Below, in pieces: positions 51,174-64,000 of a DNA stretch of 64,000 nucleotides (within the stretch, counting starts at the first letter, position 1; the number at the start of each line of letters is the position of its first letter). Source of the stretch: Dictyostelium discoideum (Eukaryota); NCBI GenBank assembly GCA_000004695.1, contig CM000151.3, positions 96,001 through 160,000 on the forward strand, in the 5' to 3' direction. A program made the position numbers and the translations under genes. Below the pieces are notes generated by a model, which had not been told where the DNA came from, ran no database searches, and worked only from the letters and a program-made list of their open reading frames with translations.

Positions 51174-52936
51174 TTAAATTTTTAAAATAAAATCTTTTAT
51201 ATTTTTATTTATCCATTTTAAAATATCATCTTCTTTAAAATTTGGATTTTCATATTGTAAAATTGTCATTGATTTCATTAAATTGGTAATATCAATAGAT
51301 TGATCTGGGAATAAATTTTTAATTTTCCTTCCATCAACTAATAAAGAAACCTTTTCAAAAGTGAAATTATCATCACTAAAAAGTTTAGTTAATTGATTTA
51401 ATACATCTAAAATTTCATTCTCTCTATCTGGATATTTCTCTAATAAATAAACTATTGAAATATTTAATGGAAAATTCCATTGTAAACCACCAGCTTTACA
51501 ATTTTTAAGTTCATGAAAAATTGAATATAAATTTGATTTATCATTTAAATTATTTAAATATAATTTAAAATCTTTTAATTGATTAATATTATTTGTATTA
51601 TTATTTGTATTATTATTTGTATCATTATTAATATTTAAAAATGATGAAATTAAATTATTAAAAAGTAATGATATATTTAAAGTTGAACCAGTATTTGTTG
51701 AAAATTGATAATTAATTAATGATTTTATAGTTTTTGAAGTATTATCTTTAAATCCTAAATGAGCATCAATAAAAAATGGTAAAAATATACAACATTTATA
51801 AAAATCAATATTAAATAAATTATCATTATTATTATTATTTTGATTAATTAATATTTTTAAATATTTTAAAGATTTTTTAAATAATTCTTTAATAATTTCA
51901 TGGTCATTTATAATTTTATCAAAATCAATAATTGAATTAATTAAACCAGTATCGATTAAATAATCAATTGATTGAATTACTGATGACTTGTTTGACATCA
52001 TTAAATGAAATTCTTTATAGATTCTTTCTTTACTAACTTTATTTGAAATTAGTTGTTTATTAAGATTGAATTTAATTGTATTATAAAGTTGTTGTTCTAT
52101 TTGAAAACCTTGAAACCTACTTGCGAATCTGATCACTCTGAATGCTCTTAACGGGTCGTCTAGTAGTGTTTTCAGTGGTTCCAATGGTGTACGAATTATA
52201 GAATTCTCAAGATCACTTAACCCATATCCTGAATGGTCTTCAATCTTTAGTGTATTTAAATTATAAAATAATGAATTTATTGTTAAATCTCTTCTTAAAC
52301 AGTCTGATAATGGTGACCAACCGTAATTTCGGGTATTCTAGAATTCGGATCACTATATTCATCACTTCTTAATGAATTGAAATCAATTTGAAATCCATGA
52401 ATATTAATTGATGCTGTCTCTAAATGTTTTGATTTCTCTGGATTTCTTTTTATTAAATATTTTTTAAAAGATTCTTTATTAATTTTAAATTCTTCTATTA
52501 ATTTTATAAAATTAGTACCTGAAATATTACTTAATGCAATATCAATATCAATATCAATATCTTTTATTTGTTGTTGTTGTTGTGGTTGTGGTTGAGGTTG
52601 AGGTTGTTGTTGTTTTTGATTATCTAATAACTATTATAAAATTAAATAAAATAAGTAAAAAATTTTAAAATATTTTTTTAAAAAAAAAAAAAGAAAACTT
52701 ACTTTATCTCTAACCCAACCACCTGCAACTCTTAATTCAATATCATTTCTATTATTGAAAATTAATATGTTTTTTAAAAAATCAAATAATTTATTTTCTT
52801 CTGGACTAATTTGTATATTTTTTGTTGGAATTGAATTATTTGAATAAAATAATTTATTTAAATAATAACTATTATTATTATTATTATTATTGTTGAAAAT
52901 CTTTGCAGTCTTTTGGAATGCTGAAAGTATTTTCAT
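51174..52936 (-). CDS. tRNA nucleotidyltransferase (CCA-adding enzyme, class II), with an apparent 1-nt frameshift in exon 2. Exons 52703..52936 and 51174..52630.
   Basis: Exon 1 reads ..ELRVAGGWVRDK with a GTAAGT donor. Exon 2 begins LLDNQ..DIDIDIDIAL. Motifs SRIPEITVG / SPLSDCLRRDLTINSLFYNL and DPLRAFRVIRFASRF match the yeast Cca1 region SRIPKVCFGTPEEDALRRDATLNALFYN..DPLRVLRLIRFASRF. Confidence 0.55.
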
Positions 52937-53479
52937 TATTTATTTTTATTTTTTTTTTTTTTTTTTTTTTTTTTTGATGAAATAAAAAAATAAAAGTAAA
53001 AAAAAAAAAAAAAAATTTTTTTTTGCTGTTTTGCAATAAAAAAAAAAAAAAAAAATAGTTGGTAAACCAGTTCAACCTTTTTTCATAATAATTTTTTATT
53101 TATTTCCAAATATCCTTTTTGAGACCAAACCCATGTAAAAATTTGAGAATAAATTGGTATAAATAGAGCCTGTTTTTATTTTGTTTTTTAATTTTATTCC
53201 AAACAATTTAATTAAATTCCAATGGAGTTTAGATATTGTATAAAGGAATCTATCTAAAACCACACAAAAATCTAAAATAAAATAAAAAAAAAAAAATATT
53301 TTGTATTTTAAAAAAATAAATAAAATAGATGTAATTTAAAATTTTATTTTTTTTTAAAAAAAGAAAAAAAGATTTATTTACTATTATTTATTACTACTAC
53401 TACTACTACTACTACTACTATTAAAATGTTATTATAATTAAATATATTATTAATTAAACTATATAATATATTTATTTAT

Positions 53480-54271
53480 TTATTTTTCATCTAATTCCAT
53501 TAACGGTATTCCGATATCTTCATGATTATGTTTATTTTCATCATTTTTGTAGTAATATTTTTGGAGTAAAAAGTAAAGTGTTGCTGGCATAAGATCCGCT
53601 AAAACACCACCAATAATCAATAAGATTAAACCCATATCTTGTTCTGGTCCTCTACCTGCAACTCTATATTCTATATAAACCTCTGGTACAAAATCAACAT
53701 TATTTGAACCAGTTGCATTTGTAGGTATATTAACTACTGCCGATACTTTAAAGTATGATCCTTCTCCAACTTCTTTCATCTATAAAATAAATAAATAAAT
53801 AAATTAATTGATTAATTATTTCCTCTTTTTTTTTTATTTTTTATTTTTTTATTTTTTTATTTTTTTATTATTTTATTAATTAAAAAAACTTACATGTAAA
53901 ATTTGATCTCCACCTGGACCATCCCTTAAATCATAACTAGTTAATGATCTGGCTGGTTCATAAATACAACCATGTTTAACATCTTGGCATGTCTAATAAA
54001 TTATAAAAAATAATAAAAATAATTTATTAATAAACTTAAAATTAATTTTGAAATTAAAATAATATTAATAATAATAATAATAATATTTACTTCAGTAACA
54101 TAATCACCATCGTCTTCATTAATTGGACCATCTCTAAAAATGGTCATACTCTTACCACCACAATATGCAAACTCTGTTTTTGTATAAGTATCTAAATCTG
54201 TTTTAAAAATTCCAAATACATGATCTTCACCTTGGAAATGATTTAACCAAACACTACCATTAACTATTTTT

Positions 54272-54308
<37 letters not shown>

Positions 54309-54330
54309 AAATTGGTTAGAACATGTATTA

Positions 54331-54365
<35 letters not shown>

Positions 54366-54692
54366 ATAAATACCTTTATTTGTAACATAAACCATAACGG
54401 AATACGGTATTGATTCACCTAAAACATTTTTATTTACGATAAATGTTTGTTCAGCACCTTCACCTGCTACATTATCTTGACATTTTGAATCTGCTCCTAC
54501 CGGAAAACCAACCCATTGATTTTTTATAGTTGACGGACAGAGATTTAAACTCCACATATATGGTGGTGGTGTTGACTCTGACATATAATTTAAGAATCCA
54601 ACAATTAATAAAACAACACCTACAATAAATACTGATACACATACACCAATGAGAGCTAATACACATTTAGAACATTTTTGAAACCTCCCCAT
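53480..54692 (-). CDS. Hypothetical two-pass membrane protein, 296 aa. Exons 54374..54692, 54091..54263, 53894..53992 and 53480..53779.
   Basis: N-terminal TM VLALIGVCVSVFIVGVVLLIVGFL. Cys-containing luminal domain. C-terminal TM MGLILLIIGGVLADLMPATLYFLL. All four splice junctions keep the frame, with GTAAGT/GTATTT/GTAAAT donors. Confidence 0.45.
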
Positions 54693-55327
54693 ATGTTTTT
54701 AATTTTTTACAAAAATATATATAATTATATATATAGAGATAAATTGAAAAAAAAAAAAAAAAAAAAAAAAAGAATGAAATTACTTATTTATTATTATTAT
54801 TATTTTTGAAATAGGTCTCTTAATAAAAAAAAAATAAAAAAAAAAAAAAACTATGAACGAGTTTTAATTTAAAAAAATAAAAAAAAAAAAATATAAAAAA
54901 AAATAAAAAATAAAAAAAAAAAAATAAAAAAAAAAAAAAAAGAAAATAAAAAAATTTTAAAATAAACTTTAAATTGTCAAAAATGATTTTTTTTTATTTT
55001 AATGCAACGCTAGTGCCAACCAGGAAATTTAAAAAAAAGACGGAGTGGAGTCTTCCATTTTTATGGAAATTTAAAAAAAATAAAAATAAAAATAAAATGA
55101 ATAGGAAAAGTGAAGGGTTTAAATATAATTTTGATTCATAAATTCCAATTTTTTTTTTATTTTTTTATTTTTTATTTTTTATTATAATTATTTAATTTTT
55201 TTTTTTACAAATAAATAAAAAGGTTTTTTTTTTTTTTTTTCCAAAAATTTGGAATCAAGAAATTAAAAATTAATGATTTCAATATTAAAAAAAAAAAAAT
55301 AAAAATAAAAAGTTTATTAAATTGAGT

Positions 55328-55749
55328 TTAAAATCTTCTCTTCTTTTTTTTTCTCTTTGGTGCTTCAACCAATTTACAATCATTATCTAAATTATTATCA
55401 TTATTATTGTTTTTTTTTTTTTTTAATATTGAAATCATAAATTGTTAGTATTTGTAGAAGGGGGAGGAGGGGGGAAATAATAAAAAATAATTAATTTTCT
55501 ATACATACTTATAAAATCATAAATCCTTTTGACAATATCTTTTTTAGTACCAGATAATTTTAAATTGTTTTGTTTACAATAAGATCGTAAATGATTACAA
55601 TGAAACATTCCACTTAGTTCCTGTTTTGAAAGTCCTTTTTCTATTTTATTTACATGTTGCTTTTTATTATTATTGTTATTATCATTATGATCAGCAGAAT
55701 CATCACTACCCTCATCCATATCAGAGTTTGATTCATTATCATCTTCATC

Positions 55750-55781
<32 letters not shown>

Positions 55782-55980
55782 TATTGTCATCTTCACTTTT
55801 AATAAATAGTTGTAGTTGTTTAATATCTTGAGTTTGTTGTATTATATCATCATTATTATTATTATCATTATTATTATTATCATTATTATTCTCTTTTAAT
55901 TTTGGTGATTCATTACTACCTTGCGTTATAACTAAACTATCATTACTTTTAATACAACTATTATTGTTATCATTTTCTTG

Positions 55981-56060
<80 letters not shown>

Positions 56061-57005
56061 CATTATTATTATCATTATTATTATTATTAGATTCTTTATT
56101 GATTGAATTTCCATTTCCATTTTCATATTGACTATCATTATCACCATTATTATTATTTTCATCACTATTATTATTATTATTATCATCATCACTATTATGA
56201 TTATTATTATTATTATTATTTTTAATTACAAATACAATATTATCATCATCTTTATCATCATAATAATCATCATCATATTCATCAATATATTCATTATCAT
56301 TTTCACTATCATAATCAAGAGCATCATTATCATCATAGTTATTGATTGAACCTTCTTCACCTATAAAATGATAACAAGAATTTTCTTCACTATTTGAGTA
56401 ATCATCTTTATCTTGATTTTCATTATTAATATTTGATTTTTTTTTATTATTAGTTGGTTTCATTGTATTATGTTTTCTTTTATATAGTGACGGTGGTGAC
56501 ATTGAATTATTACTATTATTATTATTATTATTATTCTTTTTAGTATTGGTGGTGGTGGTGTTGATATTTGTAGTTAATTTTGATTTCTTTTTTAAAGGAT
56601 CACCTTCAAATATTAAAGACATGATTTGATCAATTATAACATCTTTTTTTCCATTTTTATTTAATTTTAAATTATCAGCAACCATTTTAATGATTTGAGA
56701 ATTTAAATTTCTAAAAAATGATTCTGTACCTCTAAATAATAATTCTTGTTTAATTTCACTTTTTAAATTATTTAAAATTTCATTATTATTATTATTATTA
56801 TCAGTGATATTATTATTATTTTTATTATTATTATTATCAGGTATTGGTACATTTATACATTTTGAATAAATTTTAGTAATTTCAAAATCAGATTTATCAA
56901 AAAGATAATTTAAACCTCTTGATTTAATTAATGAGGAAAAGTGTTGAAAAAATGATATTTTTTGATTTGAAAATTCAATTCTTTTATAAAATTCTTCTAA
57001 ATCCA

Positions 57006-57098
<93 letters not shown>

Positions 57099-57636
57099 CT
57101 TCATTTTCATCAATTTCATCATAATTTGTATAAATATTAATATTATAATTTTTTAAATAAGAATGATTTAATAAGGAATGATTATTTAATAATTTAATAG
57201 TATTTTGAAATAATGAAAGTGAATCGGTGATTGATGAATCTTGAAATGATGATACAAATTCATCGATTGATGAAAATGATATACATTCTTTGATTATATG
57301 AAGTAATTTAGATTTTGGTACTTTATCAACATGTGTATCAACTGAAAGATTATAAATATTTTTAATTGATTTAAGTAATTGAATAATGGTTTCTTTTGAT
57401 AATGTTCCTAATACTTGTATAAAATCATTATCAGTTAAAACTAAAAGTTTATATGGTGGTGGTGGAGGTGGTGGTAATAATTGACTTGAATTTGAATTTG
57501 AATTTGAGTTTGAATTTGAATTTTTTGAATTTCCTTTTTTATTATTTATTTTTTTATTTGAATTTGAATTTGAATTTGAATTATTATTATTATTTGTAGT
57601 TATATTCCCATTAATATTTTTATCTTTTTTTATCAT
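55328..57636 (-). CDS. Asn-rich nuclear-type protein with SAP-like motifs, ~728 aa. Exons 55509..57636 and 55328..55386.
   Basis: SAP-like: CKQNNLKLSGTKKDIVKRIYDFI and LKLNKNGKKDVIIDQIMSLI. Donor A|GTATGT in phase 1; acceptor aatttag gives a basic NLS-like C-terminus NNDCKLVEAPKRKKKKRRF. Confidence 0.4.
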
Positions 57637-58059
57637 TTTATATTAAAAATTATTATAAAAATATTTAATATTTGAAATATACTACTTTTTTTATATTTTT
57701 TTGTATATTTTTTTTTAATTTTTTAATTTATTTTTAAAAAAAGGTTGTTTTATAATAATAAAATATCTTCCCTCTTTGTCTAAAAATAACTTTTACTTAT
57801 TGTGGGGAAGTTTTTTTTGTTGAAAAAAAAAAAAAAAATAAAAAAAAAAAGTAGAAAAAAAAAAAAGTAAAAAATAAAAAAAAAAATAAAAAAAAAATAA
57901 AATTATAAAAATTAAAAATGAATTAAATTTTTTTTTTTTTTTTTTTTTATTTCATCAAAACAATGAAATTAATTTAAAATTGAAGAGAATAAAGAGAAGT
58001 GCAAAATCATCATCATCATCATTCTTTATTATTCATCATTATTATTATTATTATAAGTT

Positions 58060-59421
58060 ATGTCTGATATAATAAAATGTATATTTTATAGTGAATTTCA
58101 TAATATATATGGTACAAAAATTTTACATCAATATCCTGAAGGTTTTGTTTCAAATGAAGTATTTGAAGGTTTTGCAGAATATATTATACCAAAACCAAAA
58201 TTATGTGGAAAAATTATAACATTGTATGTATATTCTTCTTTATATTATTTTAAATTTTATAAAGAAAATTCATTTTTTAATTTTTTTTTTTTTTTTTTTT
58301 TCTTCTCCAACAGAACAGCATTTGATTATAAAATTTTAGGATATCCAATATTAATGCAAGATGTAAAATATCATAGAAATGCATTATTATTTAATCTTTG
58401 TTTTGTTTTTGATAAAAGTACAGATACAACAAATTATAATCAAATCGTTAGAAAATTAGGCACAATATTAAGAACTTTAGAAGTAAGTTTTATAAATATA
58501 TATATATAAAAAAAAAAAAAAAATAATTAATTTTATTTTACTTTATTTTATTTTAATATATATATATATATTTAGAAGGAAACAGAATATTTATTTAATC
58601 AATCAAAAGAAATTGGATTAAAAGATCAACCAGATTTATCAAAAATATTAGAAACATTATATATTGAATTGAATACATATGGTGAAAGTACATTTACAGT
58701 TGACGATGCAAATACAATTAATGTTAAACTATTGAGTAGACCAGATGAACCACCAGAGATATTACCACACCAAGTACCGGTGTTAGTTGAAGAGATTGAT
58801 ACAACCAATGATTCAGAATGGGATTTAACTGTATTACAAATTCTACCCTACATTGATGGTATCAATTATGTTGCAAGAATATCGAAATTGACAGAAATCG
58901 ATATCAACCTCGTCAGTAGCTGTGTCCAACATTTGGTTTACTACGGTATCGTTAAGATGGTAGACATTTTTCAATACTCAAATATTTATAATCCAACACC
59001 TAAAATTAGAAAACTTGCAAGTAATTTAGACATGCAAAGAGAGTGTCAAAGATATATAACCATATCAGGCGCTACGCCATGCTCATTCGAATTCATATTC
59101 TCCCTCTATTCATCGTTAAGTATCGATACAACATTTAGAGAATATTGTTTGGAGAATTCATTAACAAGTTGGGGTATTGATGAACGTGCTTTCATTATGT
59201 TTGGTGTTATTAATGATTTCCTAAGAAGAAAACAAAGATATCCACTCTTAACCAATCTTCAATCATTAGATTCTTTACCACCATCTCATAAAAAACATCT
59301 TTTAAATGGTACTAAAAATTATGATGAAATTTGTTGTATCCTTTCAATTGGTGTTGAAGCTGTTGAAAAATTATTATTCGAAATTGCACATCCAGATTCT
59401 TTTATTGTAATTTTAAAATAA
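58060..59421 (+). CDS. nprl2: Nitrogen permease regulator 2-like protein (NPRL2, GATOR1 subunit), 392 aa. Exons 58060..58223, 58314..58482 and 58576..59421.
   Basis: MSDIIKCIFYSEFHNIYGTKILHQYPEGFVS..; ..ILGYPILMQDVKYHRNALLFNLCFVFD..; ..WDLTVLQILPYIDGINYVARIS..VQHLVYYGIVKMVDIFQYSNIYNPTPKI..NYDEICC. Collinear with human NPRL2 throughout. Confidence 0.7.
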
Positions 59422-59519
59422 AAAAAAAAAAAAAAAAAAAAGATTTAAAAAATTTAAAAAAAAAAAAGAGAAAATCAATAATAAATATTCTTTATTTTTA
59501 TTTTTTTATTATATTATTA

Positions 59520-62592
<3,073 letters not shown>

Positions 62593-64000
62593 TTTTATTT
62601 TAATATGGTTACTATCTTTTTTTTTATTTTTTTTTTTATTTAAAGAGAATGGAAATAAAATTTAAAAAATAAAAAAAAAAAAAAAAATTTCAAATCCAGT
62701 TTTATTTTATTTCCAAATTATTATTTTTTTGGCGCAAAATGTGTTTCACTTGTTTTTTTTTTTTAAATATTTTTTTAATTATTTTTATTTTAAAATCAAT
62801 TATTATTTTTATTTCCCAAAGCTGTATTACAGTGTATATAATAACGTAATCAACAAAAATATAAAAAAAAAAAAATTATAAAAAAATTGAAATTAATAAA
62901 TTGATAATTTCATTTAAATATAATTTCCAAAATTTGAGGAAATAAACAGAAACATTTTAATATTTTATTGATAATATTTAAAATTTTTTTTTAATTATTT
63001 GATATTCATTTTTTTAAAATTTAGACAATATGTTAAAAGAGGCCTTTTTTTTTGGTTAATATTACAAAAATTTCCACTTTAGTTTTGTCAATGACAATTT
63101 TTTATCTTAATACCACAAATAAAAAAAAAAAAATTATCCAAAGATAAATTTATTATAAATAAAGAATAAAATTTAAAAAAGTAATATTTCTTCAATTTCG
63201 ATGAATATGTTAAAAAAAAATTAATACGTTAAAAAAAAAATTTCTTTGCAAAGATATTTTTTTTTTTTTTTTTTTTTCAGAAAAAATTAAAAAACAAGAT
63301 AGAATCTTGTCCAATTTGAAAAAAAAAAAAAAAAAATTATCAAAATTATACCTAAGATTGGAATTAATACTGGAAAAAATGGCCATTTTTTTTGTTTTTA
63401 AAATAATTGTTTTGATTTTTTTGATTTTTTTTTGTTGGACAGTTGTTTTTTTTTTTGGATTTAAAACCGATTTATATTAATTTAATCAAAAAAAAAAAAA
63501 AAATATTAAAAAAAAAAGAAAAAAATATAAAACATATTTATTAAAAAAATAATAAAAATAAATAAAAAAAAAAAAAAAAAAAAAAAAGACAAAAATGAAT
63601 ATTTTTCTTATATTTTTATTAGTTTGTATTTTTTATTATTTTCTGGTATCAAATGCAATTCCAATTCCGATCCCGGTTCCAATTTTTCCTCTTTAATTTT
63701 AATTGTTGATTCAAATAAAATTCATAAAAATGGAAATGAGTTGTGTGGTAATTGAAAACAATTTAGAATTTCTTGGATGGGATGTATATGTATCTTCTTA
63801 TAATTCTTCCCAAAATGTTACTATTTTTGGTGGAAATGGTACCTCTACCCATTAATTAAAATTAATTCAAACTCCAAAAATGATAAAAATACATATTTAA
63901 AATTTGAAAATATGATATTCCGGGGTAACAGATTCAACTAAATCAATAATTTTTTGATTTTTCAAATTGTATATTTTCAAATTCTGGTAAAATTGAAAGT

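Noticed and set aside
54472-54666. ORF 54472..54666(-) overlapping exon 1 of the 2-TM gene
   Set aside because: Alternative frame of a confirmed coding exon.
55932-57140. Ile-, Tyr- and Met-rich ORFs 55932..56192, 56128..56349, 56931..57140, and also 61233..61787, 61481..61750, 42552..42821
   Set aside because: Other-frame or antisense readings of (AAT)n/(CAA)n coding microsatellites within real genes.

Overview
The window is AT-rich (~78% A+T) eukaryotic nuclear DNA with the hallmarks of Dictyostelium discoideum. It has long poly(A)/poly(T) tracts, codon runs for poly-Asn/Gln/Ser, and short AT-rich introns with GTAAGT/GTATGT donors and (T)nAG acceptors. Coding islands sit in near-uncoded spacer. 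It is not prokaryotic: I found no CRISPR array, operon or defence system, and no convincing novel multi-gene 'system'.

Two parts stand out.

(1) 1..~17000 is a decaying cluster of a repeated F-box/LRR-like gene family. There is one intact 618-aa copy, plus 5'- and 3'-fragments, one copy carrying an internal inversion, and a ~5.7-kb segmental duplication (4240..9078 vs 10310..16020). Both duplicates carry paired pseudogenes with independent inactivating lesions. The duplication also holds a duplicated small intron-containing gene, a retroposon-like poly(A) insertion, several indels, and a GC-rich palindromic element with an ncRNA-promoter-like motif.

(2) 19000..62600 is a compact run of ordinary, mostly housekeeping genes. 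I spliced each by hand from the ORF track and splice-signal inspection:
- SpoU/TrmH-type RNA 2'-O-methyltransferase
- TRIM-like RING/B-box/coiled-coil/Kelch protein
- METTL21-like methyltransferase
- GH9 cellulase
- SF3B5
- mitochondrial carrier
- a second F-box/LRR-like protein
- NMD3
- RPS25
- glycerophosphodiester phosphodiesterase
- RPL27
- a divergent TCP-1-family chaperonin
- RING-H2 protein
- Nudix hydrolase
- NAP/SET histone chaperone
- CCA-adding enzyme, with an apparent frameshift
- a 2-TM protein
- a SAP-domain protein
- NPRL2
- a CLASP-like TOG protein

All coordinates come from manual reading. Family assignments rest on recognised motifs, not on any database search.
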